From sequence record NC_031103.1: a stretch of DNA of 64,000 bases; one strand, given 5' to 3'. Of the stretch, positions 1 through 9,852 are shown one piece after another. The position numbers and the translations under genes are program-made. Every line of letters starts with the position of its first letter. The stretch's first letter is position 1. Source of the DNA: Escherichia phage vB_EcoM-UFV13. Below the pieces are notes generated by a model that saw only the letters and a list, made by a program, of their open reading frames with translations, was not told where the DNA came from and searched no databases.

Positions 1-692
1 TCGAAGCTACCGTCAAGCAGCACGCCGTTAAATTAGCTGAATCTCATATCGCTAAAATTGCTGAAAAAGCAGAAGAAGAAGTAGAAAAAAATAAAGAAGA
101 AGCAGAAGAAAAAGCTGAGAAGAAAATCGCTGAGCAAGCTTCTAAATTCATTGACCATCTTGCGAAAGAATGGCTCGCTGAAAATAAATTAGCAGTTGAT
201 AAAGGCATCAAAGCCGAACTGTTTGAATCCATGCTTGGTGGATTAAAAGAGCTCTTTGTTGAACACAACGTTGTTGTTCCAGAAGAATCAGTTGATGTTG
301 TAGCTGAAATGGAAGAAGAGCTGCAAGAACATAAAGAAGAATCAGCTCGTCTGTTCGAAGAACTCAATATGCGCGACGCATATATCAATTATGTGCAGCG
401 TGAAGTGGCATTGAGCGAAAGTACTAAAGATCTGACTGAGTCTCAAAAAGAAAAAGTCTCTGCTCTGGTCGAAGGTATGGATTATTCAGATGAATTCTCA
501 AGTAAATTGAGTGCCATCGTAGAAATGGTGAAGAAGTCTAATAAAGATGAAAGCACTATTACTGAGGGTATAAATACTCCTGATACTGAAGCAGCCGGAC
601 TGAATTTCGTCACTGAAGCTGTAGAAGATAAATCTGCATCTGGTGCAGAAGATATTGTAAGTGTATATGCGAAAGTCGCATCTCGTTTCTAA
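1..692 (+). CDS. 22: prohead core scaffold protein gp22, 5' end outside window
   Basis: Frame beginning at nt 3 translates EATVKQHAVKLAESHIAKIAEKAEEE... and runs into the 231..692 ORF; acidic coiled-coil scaffold sequence directly upstream of gene 23 as in T4. Confidence 0.85.
   Translation, partial: EATVKQHAVKLAESHIAKIAEKAEEEVEKNKEEAEEKAEKKIAEQASKFIDHLAKEWLAENKLAVDKGIKAELFESMLGGLKELFVEHNVVVPEESVDVVAEMEEELQEHKEESARLFEELNMRDAYINYVQREVALSESTKDLTESQKEKVSALVEGMDYSDEFSSKLSAIVEMVKKSNKDESTITEGINTPDTEAAGLNFVTEAVEDKSASGAEDIVSVYAKVASRF
569..576 (+). promoter_or_regulatory. late promoter motif TATAAATA for gene 23, inside gene 22
   Basis: Exact TATAAATA about 135 nt upstream of the gene 23 start. Confidence 0.7.
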
Positions 693-710
693 TTTTAAAG
701 GTTAACACAA

Positions 711-2276
711 ATGACTATCAAAACTAAAGCTGAACTTTTGAACAAATGGAAGCCATTACTGGAAGGTGAAGGTTTACCGGAAATTGCTAATAGCAAACAA
801 GCGATTATCGCTAAAATCTTTGAAAACCAGGAAAAAGATTTCCAGACAGCTCCGGAATATAAAGACGAAAAAATTGCTCAGGCATTCGGTTCTTTCTTAA
901 CAGAAGCTGAAATCGGTGGTGACCACGGTTACAATGCTACCAACATCGCTGCAGGTCAGACTTCTGGCGCAGTAACTCAGATTGGCCCAGCTGTTATGGG
1001 TATGGTACGTCGTGCTATTCCTAACCTGATTGCTTTCGATATTTGCGGTGTTCAGCCGATGAACAGCCCGACTGGCCAGGTATTCGCACTGCGCGCAGTA
1101 TATGGTAAAGACCCAATCGCTTCCGGTGCTAAAGAAGCATTCCACCCAATGTATGGTCCAGATGCAATGTTCTCTGGTCAGGGTGCTGCTAAGAAATTCG
1201 CTGCTTTGGCTGCTAGCACACAAACTACAGTAGGTGATATCTATACTCACTTCTTCCAGGACACTGGTACTGTGTATCTGCAAGCTTCTGTTCAAGTAAC
1301 AATCGATGCTGGTGCGACTGATGCTGCTAAATTAGATGCTGAAATTAAGAAACAAATGGAAGCTGGTGCACTGGTAGAAATCGCTGAAGGTATGGCTACT
1401 TCTATCGCTGAACTCCAGGAAAGTTTCAACGGTTCTACCGATAACCCATGGAATGAAATGGGCTTCCGTATCGATAAACAAGTTATCGAAGCTAAATCTC
1501 GCCAACTGAAAGCTGCTTACTCTATCGAATTAGCACAAGACCTCCGTGCTGTTCACGGTATGGATGCTGATGCTGAACTGTCTGGTATTCTGGCTACAGA
1601 AATCATGCTGGAAATCAACCGTGAAGTTGTTGATTGGATTAACTACTCAGCTCAGGTTGGTAAATCTGGTATGACCCTGACTCCGGGTTCTAAAGCTGGT
1701 GTATTTGACTTCCAGGACCCAATCGATATTCGTGGTGCTCGCTGGGCAGGTGAATCCTTTAAAGCTCTGTTGTTCCAGATTGACAAAGAAGCAGTTGAAA
1801 TTGCTCGTCAGACCGGTCGTGGTGAAGGTAACTTCATTATCGCTTCCCGTAACGTAGTTAACGTTCTGGCTTCAGTTGATACCGGCATTTCTTATGCTGC
1901 ACAAGGTCTGGCTACCGGCTTTAACACTGATACTACCAAGTCAGTATTTGCTGGTGTTCTGGGTGGTAAATACCGTGTATATATCGACCAGTATGCTAAA
2001 CAGGATTATTTCACTGTAGGTTATAAAGGTCCGAACGAAATGGATGCTGGTATTTACTACGCTCCATATGTAGCTCTGACTCCGCTGCGTGGTTCCGATC
2101 CGAAGAACTTCCAACCAGTAATGGGATTCAAAACTCGTTACGGTATCGGTATCAACCCATTTGCAGAATCCGCTGCTCAGGCTCCGGCTTCTCGCATCCA
2201 GAGCGGTATGCCTTCTATTCTGAATAGCCTTGGTAAAAACGCTTACTTCCGCCGTGTATATGTTAAAGGTATCTAA
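711..2276 (+). CDS. 23: major capsid protein gp23
   Basis: 521 aa, same length as T4 gp23, sequence recognised; position between 22 and 24. Confidence 0.97.
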   Translation: MTIKTKAELLNKWKPLLEGEGLPEIANSKQAIIAKIFENQEKDFQTAPEYKDEKIAQAFGSFLTEAEIGGDHGYNATNIAAGQTSGAVTQIGPAVMGMVRRAIPNLIAFDICGVQPMNSPTGQVFALRAVYGKDPIASGAKEAFHPMYGPDAMFSGQGAAKKFAALAASTQTTVGDIYTHFFQDTGTVYLQASVQVTIDAGATDAAKLDAEIKKQMEAGALVEIAEGMATSIAELQESFNGSTDNPWNEMGFRIDKQVIEAKSRQLKAAYSIELAQDLRAVHGMDADAELSGILATEIMLEINREVVDWINYSAQVGKSGMTLTPGSKAGVFDFQDPIDIRGARWAGESFKALLFQIDKEAVEIARQTGRGEGNFIIASRNVVNVLASVDTGISYAAQGLATGFNTDTTKSVFAGVLGGKYRVYIDQYAKQDYFTVGYKGPNEMDAGIYYAPYVALTPLRGSDPKNFQPVMGFKTRYGIGINPFAESAAQAPASRIQSGMPSILNSLGKNAYFRRVYVKGI

Positions 2277-2290
2277 TCTTTGACGATTTA

Positions 2291-2320
2291 AGGGACCTTC
2301 GGGTCCCTTTAGTTGTTTTT
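2291..2320 (+). terminator. hairpin GGGACC-UUCG-GGUCCC plus U-run after gene 23
   Basis: 6-bp GC stem, UUCG tetraloop, followed by TTTAGTTGTTTTT. Confidence 0.75.
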
Positions 2321-2324
2321 ATGG

Positions 2325-2332
2325 TATAAATA
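2325..2332 (+). promoter_or_regulatory. late promoter motif TATAAATA for gene 24
   Basis: Exact motif 28 nt upstream of the gene 24 ATG. Confidence 0.75.
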
Positions 2333-2359
2333 AATCATATAAACCAAAAGGAAAGCGCA

Positions 2360-3643
2360 ATGGCTAAAATCAACGAACTTCTGCGCGAATCAACCACAAC
2401 GAATAGCAACTCAATCGGTCGCCCAAATCTCGTTGCTTTGACTCGCGCTACCACTAAATTAATATATTCTGACATTGTAGCAACGCAAAGAACTAATCAA
2501 CCTGTTGCTGCTTTTTACGGTATCAAATACCTTAACCCAGATAACGAATTTACGTTTAAAACTGGTGCTACTTACGCTGGCGAAGCTGGATATGTAGACC
2601 GAGAACAAATCACAGAATTAACAGAAGAGTCTAAATTAACACTCAATAAAGGCGATTTATTCAAATATAATAATATCGTTTATAAAGTATTAGAAGATAC
2701 TCCATTTGCTGATATTGAAGAAAGCGACTTAGAGTTAGCTCTTCAGATTGCAATCGTTCTTTTAAAGGTTCGTCTATTTTCTGACGCAGCGTCAACAAGC
2801 AAATTTGAAAGCTCTGATAGCGAAATTGCGGATGCTAGATTCCAGATTAATAAATGGCAAACCGCCGTTAAATCTCGTAAACTTAAAACTGGTATCACAG
2901 TTGAATTAGCACAAGATTTAGAAGCAAACGGATTCGACGCTCCTAATTTCCTGGAAGATTTGCTTGCAACTGAAATGGCAGATGAAATCAATAAAGATAT
3001 TCTACAGTCTTTGATTACAGTATCAAAACGTTATAAAGTTACAGGAATTACTGATACTGGATTCATTGATTTGAGTTATGCATCTGCTCCTGAAGCAGGT
3101 CGTTCATTATACCGAATGGTATGTGAAATGGTTTCACATATCCAAAAAGAATCAACTTATACAGCAACGTTCTGTGTTGCTTCAGCTCGTGCCGCTGCGA
3201 TTCTTGCTGCATCAGGTTGGTTAAAACATAAACCAGAAGATGACAAATATCTTTCACAAAATGCCTACGGGTTCTTAGCTAATGGTTTACCGCTTTATTG
3301 CGATACTAACAGCCCATTAGATTATGTAATCGTTGGTGTAGTAGAAAATATCGGTGAAAAAGAAATTGTTGGATCAATTTTCTATGCTCCGTATACAGAA
3401 GGTCTCGACTTAGATGACCCTGAACATGTAGGTGCATTTAAAGTTGTGGTTGATCCAGAAAGCTTACAACCGTCTATCGGTTTATTAGTTAGATATGCTT
3501 TATCAGCAAATCCTTATACCGTAGCAAAAGATGAAAAAGAAGCAAGAATAATTGACGGTGGAGACATGGATAAAATGGCAGGTCGTTCAGATTTGTCTGT
3601 TTTATTAGGTGTTAAGCTACCAAAAATTATTGTTGATGAATAA
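2360..3643 (+). CDS. 24: capsid vertex protein gp24
   Basis: 427 aa, gp23 paralogue, recognised T4 gp24; late promoter motif upstream. Confidence 0.95.
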   Translation: MAKINELLRESTTTNSNSIGRPNLVALTRATTKLIYSDIVATQRTNQPVAAFYGIKYLNPDNEFTFKTGATYAGEAGYVDREQITELTEESKLTLNKGDLFKYNNIVYKVLEDTPFADIEESDLELALQIAIVLLKVRLFSDAASTSKFESSDSEIADARFQINKWQTAVKSRKLKTGITVELAQDLEANGFDAPNFLEDLLATEMADEINKDILQSLITVSKRYKVTGITDTGFIDLSYASAPEAGRSLYRMVCEMVSHIQKESTYTATFCVASARAAAILAASGWLKHKPEDDKYLSQNAYGFLANGLPLYCDTNSPLDYVIVGVVENIGEKEIVGSIFYAPYTEGLDLDDPEHVGAFKVVVDPESLQPSIGLLVRYALSANPYTVAKDEKEARIIDGGDMDKMAGRSDLSVLLGVKLPKIIVDE

Positions 3644-3647
3644 AACA

Positions 3648-3672
3648 AAGGGACCTTTCGGTCCCTTTTTAT
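3648..3672. terminator. bidirectional hairpin terminator between gene 24 (+) and rnlB (-)
   Basis: GGGACC-TTTC-GGTCCC flanked by T-runs on both strands. Confidence 0.7.
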
Positions 3673-4677
3673 TTAACTTACCAATTCAATCCAAGCCGGA
3701 CGAAGTACATCTTGTACCATTTTAACTAATTCCTTTTTAATCAAAGAAGGATTATCCGCTTGAGTTAGAGTAATACCTTCACGAGAAGTTTCTTCCAAAA
3801 TATCTTGAACAGTTAGTCCCATCACCTTTCCAAAATCTTTAGGACCAATTTCGCCAATTTTAGAAATAACGTTATTTACTCGGTTCAGTGTAACGTAACA
3901 AGCTAAAATTCCCACCAATTTGTTATCAGCTTCTGATAGTTCAACTTTAGCTTTAATAGGCTTATCAGACTTTTTCTTTTCACTAAATTTGGAATTCTTG
4001 CATTTAATAGCTACACGATTGCGATTAGGCAGCCAAGAAGGATAACAAGGTTTCAATACATATCCTTCAGCGGTAAATACTTCGCCTTTAGCTTCGGCAT
4101 TCCAAACGCATTTATTTGCATCAACTAATCCAGCATGGTCTACTGTAAAATTATAATCTTGGACAACAGAATCTAAATCATTTGGCAATTTAATAAGCTC
4201 TTCAAATTTACCGCGGCCTAAAAGTGGAGCCATTTTAAATTTAAATGTATTACAGAATGATTCCATCATATAATCGTCGACATAAGTCACATCACCACTT
4301 TCTGTAGTGACAATAATGTCAAATACATAAAAATCTTTATCACCATAATCAACATTCTTCTGAATGCCAGGTCCAGCGAATTCGCCAAAGACTTGATAAG
4401 ATACAACCGCTGAGGTTTCCATAATATCTTGTACTGCTTTAATGGAATCAGCGTAATTCTTTAAAATAATTTCATACCCAAAGAAATCTTCAGCAGGAAG
4501 AATCGGTCCAGTACGTTTAGCGCAAGTTACTTTATCACGCTCAATAATCAATGAGAAATTTGTACCATGAATCTTTTCACGAGCTACCCACTCCCCACCA
4601 GTCAATCCCAAGCTGTAAAGTTTTTCAATAAATTTAGAGTTGTAATGATTTTCAAGACTGCTATACTTTTTAAACAT
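3673..4677 (-). CDS. rnlB: RNA ligase 2
   Basis: 334 aa; nucleotidyltransferase lysine motif KIHGTN near N-terminus; T4 Rnl2 length and position after gene 24. Confidence 0.93.
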   Translation of the reverse strand: MFKKYSSLENHYNSKFIEKLYSLGLTGGEWVAREKIHGTNFSLIIERDKVTCAKRTGPILPAEDFFGYEIILKNYADSIKAVQDIMETSAVVSYQVFGEFAGPGIQKNVDYGDKDFYVFDIIVTTESGDVTYVDDYMMESFCNTFKFKMAPLLGRGKFEELIKLPNDLDSVVQDYNFTVDHAGLVDANKCVWNAEAKGEVFTAEGYVLKPCYPSWLPNRNRVAIKCKNSKFSEKKKSDKPIKAKVELSEADNKLVGILACYVTLNRVNNVISKIGEIGPKDFGKVMGLTVQDILEETSREGITLTQADNPSLIKKELVKMVQDVLRPAWIELVS

Positions 4678-4686
4678 AATTAATCC

Positions 4687-4965
4687 TCAAAATGTAATTT
4701 CTAACCAATCACCATCACGCTGATCACTATTGACTTTAAAGCTGAATCCTTCTTTTCTCAGCCAATCACCAATTTCTTCAGTAATCAATTTATCGCGAGC
4801 AGTACAATAATAACTAAAATATGTTTTACCTTGTTCAGCTGCTTTATTAGCAAGTTCTGAAAAATCTTTAATAAAACACTCTAGCTTAAACTGTTTACTT
4901 TTTAATGCTTTTTCACGTAATTGATTAGCAAAAGATTCATTTTCATAAAGATCATACTGTTCCAT
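4687..4965 (-). CDS. hypothetical protein, T4 24.2 position
   Basis: 92 aa ORF in early-gene orientation between rnlB and hoc. Confidence 0.6.
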   Translation of the reverse strand: MEQYDLYENESFANQLREKALKSKQFKLECFIKDFSELANKAAEQGKTYFSYYCTARDKLITEEIGDWLRKEGFSFKVNSDQRDGDWLEITF

Positions 4966-5167
4966 TTTTCACCTTTTTATTGATATGTCTTTTTCTATAG
5001 ACAACTTTTTCTCGAGTTTCAAATTTATTCTTAGCAGTCATAGCTCGAGCCCATAATACAGCCACTTCTTTTGCCTGTAAGTTCAATTCACGAGCAATTT
5101 CAATGAATGACTTTCCAGACTCATGAAGAGTAAACACCACAACCTCAGTTCTCATAATCAATCTCAT
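4952..5167 (-). CDS. hypothetical small protein with helix-turn-helix-like segment, T4 24.3 position
   Basis: 71 aa ORF; segment GKSFIEIARELNLQAKEV resembles an HTH. Confidence 0.55.
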   Translation of the reverse strand: MRLIMRTEVVVFTLHESGKSFIEIARELNLQAKEVAVLWARAMTAKNKFETREKVVYRKRHINKKVKNGTV

Positions 5168-5232
5168 GTTATCGAGTTAGTGCCATTATATACATCATTT
5201 TCTGATTGTGTTTTGTGTGCTTTCAAAATGAA

Positions 5233-5252
5233 GAAAGGGGCCGAAGCCCCTT
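5233..5252 (-). terminator. UUCG hairpin downstream of hoc
   Basis: Minus strand GGGGC-UUCG-GCCCC followed by TTTCTTCATTTTG. Confidence 0.6.
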
Positions 5253-5256
5253 ATGA

Positions 5257-6387
5257 TTATGGATAGGTATAGATGATACCAGTTTCTAAAGCAGTTTTAT
5301 GAATGATGTATCCATTACGTGATTCTTGAACATCAACTTCTGGATAGTCTTTCATCATCTTCTGAAGAGTGTAACGATGCAGGTAATATTTACTATCTGG
5401 ATCGTCAGTTTTCCAATCTTTACCTTCTTCAGTCATTTTTTGGATTTCATCCATAACCCACCAACCGCACCAGATGTAAGCTGAAGTACGATGTGGAAGA
5501 GGATGAACATAAGGTAATTCACCTTCTGGTTCTGGAGCAACTTTATCAGTTACCTGAACTTGACCTTCTGCTGTAATAGTTTTACTATCATAATCAGTAG
5601 CAGTAACAGTTGCAGTAACTTCAATAGTTTGACTTCCAATAGATGAGGTATCAACGGTATATACATTAGTTGACCCTTCTACAGGAGAAGAATCTTTCTT
5701 CCATGAATATTCAATTTGCGCTTCTTCTGGAGCATCCGTAACATTAGCCGTAAATGTAGCCGAAGCATCTTGCTGAACGTTAATAGAAGGAGGAGTCAAT
5801 GTAACCTGTGGATTCATTGTCTTCTTATTAACAGTCAGTGATACTTCATTAGAAGTAACTTCCTTTGCATCATAATCTGCCGCGGTTACTTGAGCTACAC
5901 ACTTGATTTTTTTAACTCCGCTTGTAGTAGGAGTGTAATTGAATGTAGCAGAAGTTGCTTCGCCCACAGGAGAACCGTCAACGTGCCATTGATACGTAGC
6001 AGATGCACCTGATGGCTGCGAAGCTAAAGCAGCAGTAAATTCAACTGGGGTTCCGATTACTCCAGCGGCGGGGCTATCAGGAGTTACAGCCAATGTAGTC
6101 GTCTGTGTCTTATTTTGAACTGTGATAGTTGTAGTAGCTTCTGCTGTTTCAGGTTCAGATTCTGCAACTTGATTGGTTGCAACTACTTTAATAGTCTTTT
6201 GACCGGCAGGTCCTTTTAGTACATAACTAAAAGTTGCTGACGTTTCTTCCTGTGGAGCATCGTCTACAGTCCAAGCATATGTAATAGGTCCATCTCCAGT
6301 TTGACCACTGGGTGTAGCAGTAAACTGCTTAGTTTCATCAATAACCCCTGTCGGTGTTTTAGGAGTTATATCAACTGTAAAAGCCAT
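5257..6387 (-). CDS. hoc: highly immunogenic outer capsid protein Hoc
   Basis: 376 aa, same as T4 Hoc; repeated Ig-like T/V-rich beta modules; UUCG hairpin downstream. Confidence 0.93.
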   Translation of the reverse strand: MAFTVDITPKTPTGVIDETKQFTATPSGQTGDGPITYAWTVDDAPQEETSATFSYVLKGPAGQKTIKVVATNQVAESEPETAEATTTITVQNKTQTTTLAVTPDSPAAGVIGTPVEFTAALASQPSGASATYQWHVDGSPVGEATSATFNYTPTTSGVKKIKCVAQVTAADYDAKEVTSNEVSLTVNKKTMNPQVTLTPPSINVQQDASATFTANVTDAPEEAQIEYSWKKDSSPVEGSTNVYTVDTSSIGSQTIEVTATVTATDYDSKTITAEGQVQVTDKVAPEPEGELPYVHPLPHRTSAYIWCGWWVMDEIQKMTEEGKDWKTDDPDSKYYLHRYTLQKMMKDYPEVDVQESRNGYIIHKTALETGIIYTYP

Positions 6388-6396
6388 AAGTTATCC

Positions 6397-7077
6397 TTAT
6401 TTTAATGTTACGAAAGAAGAATTGCGTGTTTCACGAATTAAAACTGATCCGTCACGGTTAATGTAATAAATTAAGCTAAATAAAGTTTGGTGTGCTGACG
6501 CATGCTCAAAACTTGTTGGGTGAGATTTCCAATCAGGAGTTTCAGCTATCCATTGATAAATCCACCAAGGAACAGTGCAGAATCCTGGATTTTTTCCAAT
6601 CAGCTGAAGATTCGGACTAAAGTTTTCCGGAAGAGTAAATACAGACGGCTTTTCAGATTCAATAATCTCAGCTACAGCCTGTTCGAATTTTTCTTCAACA
6701 AAAGGAGTATCTTCAATCAAAACATCGGTATTTTCAGGAATTTTATCCGTTTCTACTACTTCAATTTTAATGTCAGATTTAACTGGAGAATCAATCAAAA
6801 GTGCTGCTTCTGGATTGACTTCTTCATCGTCATATTTTAATCCCTCTGCAGCATCAGCAGCATCAATTAAGTCTTTAATAGATAACCCATCAGTCTCTGG
6901 CATAGGTTCACTAGCGAGCTTCTGGAGGGCTTCTTCAATATCAACAACGATATTATCAAAAGATTTATTCTTTTTGACCTTTATACCAAACTGTTCAGCA
7001 TATTCAGCTAATTTAGCTTTAGCTTCTTTATTATCATCAAGAGCCTTCAGCTCTGCAATATAATCTTTATCTATCAT
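6397..7077 (-). CDS. inh: inhibitor of prohead protease Inh
   Basis: 226 aa, acidic, T4 inh length and position between hoc and uvsW. Confidence 0.85.
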   Translation of the reverse strand: MIDKDYIAELKALDDNKEAKAKLAEYAEQFGIKVKKNKSFDNIVVDIEEALQKLASEPMPETDGLSIKDLIDAADAAEGLKYDDEEVNPEAALLIDSPVKSDIKIEVVETDKIPENTDVLIEDTPFVEEKFEQAVAEIIESEKPSVFTLPENFSPNLQLIGKNPGFCTVPWWIYQWIAETPDWKSHPTSFEHASAHQTLFSLIYYINRDGSVLIRETRNSSFVTLK

Positions 7078-7090
7078 AATATTTCCTCAG

Positions 7091-7098
7091 TATAAATA
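7091..7098 (+). promoter_or_regulatory. late promoter motif TATAAATA for uvsW
   Basis: Exact motif 30 nt upstream of the uvsW ATG. Confidence 0.7.
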
Positions 7099-7127
7099 TA
7101 GATATATTTATTACATGGTATTTAGAC

Positions 7128-8639
7128 ATGACTGACATTAAAGTACATTTTTATGATTTTAGTCACGTGAGAATTGATTGTGAAGAAAGTACATTTCATG
7201 AACTCCGTGATTTCTTTAGCTTTGAAGCTGATGGGTATCGTTTTAATCCGAAGTACAGATATGGCCACTGGGATGGACGAATCCGTCTTTTAGATTATAA
7301 TCGTCTTCTTCCATTCGGCTTAGTCGGGCAAATTAAAAAGTTCTGTGATAACTTTGGCTATAAAGCCTGGATTGACCCACAAATTAACGAAAAAGAAGAA
7401 TTATCAAGAAAAGATTTTGATGAATGGCTTTCTAAATTAGAAATCTATTCAGGAAATAAAAGAATTGAACCACACTGGTATCAAAAAGATGCAGTGTTCG
7501 AAGGATTAGTTAATCGTCGTAGAATTCTTAATCTTCCAACATCCGCTGGTAAATCTTTAATTCAAGCTTTGCTTGCGCGATATTATTTGGAAAATTATGA
7601 AGGTAAAATTCTTATCATTGTTCCAACAACTGCTCTGACAACTCAGATGGCTGATGACTTCGTTGACTATCGTTTATTCAGTCATGCAATGATAAAGAAA
7701 ATTGGCGGCGGAGCATCAAAAGATGATAAATATAAAAATGATGCACCAGTCGTTGTTGGTACATGGCAAACTGTAGTTAAACAACCAAAAGAATGGTTCT
7801 CACAGTTTGGAATGATGATGAATGATGAATGCCATCTTGCTACAGGAAAAAGTATTTCATCTATCATATCAGGTTTAAATAACTGTATGTTTAAATTTGG
7901 TCTATCAGGTTCATTACGTGATGGCAAAGCCAATATCATGCAGTATGTTGGAATGTTTGGTGAAATATTTAAGCCAGTAACGACTTCTAAATTAATGGAA
8001 GATGGGCAAGTAACTGAGCTAAAAATTAATAGTATTTTTCTTCGCTATCCCGATGAGTTCACTACTAAATTAAAGGGGAAAACTTATCAAGAAGAAATAA
8101 AAATTATTACTGGGCTCAGTAAAAGAAATAAATGGATCGCTAAATTAGCTATTAAGCTTGCGCAAAAAGATGAAAACGCTTTTGTCATGTTTAAACATGT
8201 ATCACATGGTAAAGCTATTTTTGATTTAATTAAAAATGAATACGATAAAGTTTATTACGTATCAGGGGAAGTTGATACCGAAACCCGCAATATAATGAAA
8301 ACCTTAGCTGAAAACGGTAAAGGAATAATTATAGTAGCTAGTTATGGTGTATTTTCTACTGGTATTTCAGTTAAAAATCTACATCACGTTGTTTTAGCGC
8401 ACGGTGTTAAATCAAAAATCATTGTATTACAAACAATCGGTCGTGTATTACGTAAGCACGGTTCTAAGACAATAGCAACAGTCTGGGACCTCATAGATGA
8501 TTGTGGTGTTAAGCCAAAATCTGCTAATACGAAAAAGAAATATGTTCATTTGAACTATCTTTTAAAACACGGCATTGATCGTATTCAGCGCTACGCAGAT
8601 GAAAAATTTAATTACGTAATGAAAACAGTTAATTTATAA
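7128..8639 (+). CDS. uvsW: UvsW DNA/RNA helicase
   Basis: 503 aa; SF2 helicase Walker A (LPTSAGKS) and DECH box (NDECH); late promoter TATAAATA upstream. Confidence 0.95.
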   Translation: MTDIKVHFYDFSHVRIDCEESTFHELRDFFSFEADGYRFNPKYRYGHWDGRIRLLDYNRLLPFGLVGQIKKFCDNFGYKAWIDPQINEKEELSRKDFDEWLSKLEIYSGNKRIEPHWYQKDAVFEGLVNRRRILNLPTSAGKSLIQALLARYYLENYEGKILIIVPTTALTTQMADDFVDYRLFSHAMIKKIGGGASKDDKYKNDAPVVVGTWQTVVKQPKEWFSQFGMMMNDECHLATGKSISSIISGLNNCMFKFGLSGSLRDGKANIMQYVGMFGEIFKPVTTSKLMEDGQVTELKINSIFLRYPDEFTTKLKGKTYQEEIKIITGLSKRNKWIAKLAIKLAQKDENAFVMFKHVSHGKAIFDLIKNEYDKVYYVSGEVDTETRNIMKTLAENGKGIIIVASYGVFSTGISVKNLHHVVLAHGVKSKIIVLQTIGRVLRKHGSKTIATVWDLIDDCGVKPKSANTKKKYVHLNYLLKHGIDRIQRYADEKFNYVMKTVNL

Positions 8640-8652
8640 GGGCTTCGGCCCT

Positions 8653-8895
8653 TTGGAGAAAAAGATGTTACTAGAATTTAAACAATTTCTTTATGAAGCT
8701 TCTATTGATGAATTTATGGGTAAAATTGCCTCTTGTCAAACATTAGAAGGTTTAGAAGAACTTGAAGCTTATTATAAGAAAAGAGTTAAAGAAACTGAAT
8801 TAAAAGATACTGATGACATCTCTGTGAGAGATGCTTTGGCAGGAAAAAGAGCTGAATTAGAAGATTCAGACGATGAAGTAGAAGAAAGCTTTTAA
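8653..8895 (+). CDS. uvsW.1: UvsW.1 helicase accessory protein
   Basis: 80 aa acidic ORF immediately downstream of uvsW. Confidence 0.8.
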   Translation: MEKKMLLEFKQFLYEASIDEFMGKIASCQTLEGLEELEAYYKKRVKETELKDTDDISVRDALAGKRAELEDSDDEVEESF

Positions 8896-8950
8896 ATTAA
8901 AAAAGGCCCAACCGAAAAGGAAGGGCCAAAACTATAGACTAAAGGTCACA

Positions 8951-9118
8951 CTATAGCAAAAGTTGTGTTTCATTTAATTGTTCTTCCGAACTTTCTGAAA
9001 CTGGTAGTTCTTTAATGTAATTATAGCAAGGCCCAGGATGTACAGGACCTTTGTCTGTTTCAACAACCAATGCAGAATCGATTGGAGTTTTACAGACAAC
9101 ACAAATCTTATCTGACAT
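8951..9118 (-). CDS. small Cys-rich protein, T4 uvsY.-2 position (not in ORF track)
   Basis: Hand-translated 55 aa ORF MSDKICVVCKTPIDSALVVETDKGPVHPGPCYNY... with ATG at 9118 and GAGGAG Shine-Dalgarno 6 nt upstream; CxxC and PxxC pairs. Confidence 0.6.
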   Translation of the reverse strand: MSDKICVVCKTPIDSALVVETDKGPVHPGPCYNYIKELPVSESSEEQLNETQLLL

Positions 9119-9146
9119 GATTGTCTCCTCTGAATTATATATCTAT

Positions 9147-9371
9147 TTATACAACTCTCATATGCATATCAATGCCCATATCTTTAGAATAAAAATATTC
9201 ATCAAGATATCCGGCAAATTTTCCTTTAATATAAAGGACATCTTCACCACATGGATGATCAGCCAGGATACGAATATCCTGACGCTTAAGATTATGCTTT
9301 TTCATTAAGAATTGAATTTCCGTTTCAAATTCTTCTTCATAATTAAAAGCATCATCAATGTTATATCTCAT
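9147..9371 (-). CDS. hypothetical protein, T4 uvsY.-1 position
   Basis: 74 aa ORF directly downstream of uvsY in the same orientation. Confidence 0.7.
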   Translation of the reverse strand: MRYNIDDAFNYEEEFETEIQFLMKKHNLKRQDIRILADHPCGEDVLYIKGKFAGYLDEYFYSKDMGIDMHMRVV

Positions 9372-9784
9372 TATTTTCCAGCCTCAAATGCTCGCATGTC
9401 TTGAATATGCTTAATAGCAAATCCACGTGATTTGATAGCATCAAGAGCTCCGCTACAGAAATCTAATAAAATTCCCCAATATTGTAATGAAGTATCAACC
9501 TTTAAAACATCCTTATCAGCTGATAGAACTGTCTTCATTTCTGATTTCTCGTAACGATCCATACTAAATTCATCACCATCTCCTCGTCCCGAGTAGTAGT
9601 CTAATTTAGCTTTAAGAGCAACTTTTTTCTGTGCATCAATTCTAAGCATTTCCTTTTTAATACTTGAATGCTTATTAAGCCATTTACTATATAACATCAC
9701 ATTATTAGCTGCTTCATACTGCAATTTAGTCGAATCTATAAACACATCTTTCTTCAATTCTTCTTGAAGATCTTCTAATCTCAT
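9371..9784 (-). CDS. uvsY: recombination mediator UvsY
   Basis: 137 aa, same as T4 UvsY; MotA-box middle promoter upstream. Confidence 0.93.
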   Translation of the reverse strand: MRLEDLQEELKKDVFIDSTKLQYEAANNVMLYSKWLNKHSSIKKEMLRIDAQKKVALKAKLDYYSGRGDGDEFSMDRYEKSEMKTVLSADKDVLKVDTSLQYWGILLDFCSGALDAIKSRGFAIKHIQDMRAFEAGK

Positions 9785-9821
9785 ATTGTTCTCTATTCAA
9801 TTGTTATTGGATGGACTTAGA

Positions 9822-9852
9822 TTCATTATACCACGTTTATACGTGAAGCATT
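9822..9852 (-). promoter_or_regulatory. MotA-dependent middle promoter of uvsY
   Basis: Minus strand ATGCTTCA (MotA box) then 13 nt then TATAAT, about 40 nt upstream of uvsY. Confidence 0.7.

Noticed and set aside
44-388. 114-aa minus-strand ORF antisense to gene 22
   Set aside because: Lies entirely inside the well-supported gene 22 reading frame on the opposite strand; low-complexity Ser-rich translation typical of an antisense artefact.
897-1295. 132-aa minus-strand ORF inside gene 23
   Set aside because: Antisense to the major capsid gene; no ribosome-binding site and no known T4 counterpart.
6502-7063. Plus-strand ORFs (112 and 97 aa) overlapping inh
   Set aside because: Antisense to inh, low-complexity translation, no Shine-Dalgarno.
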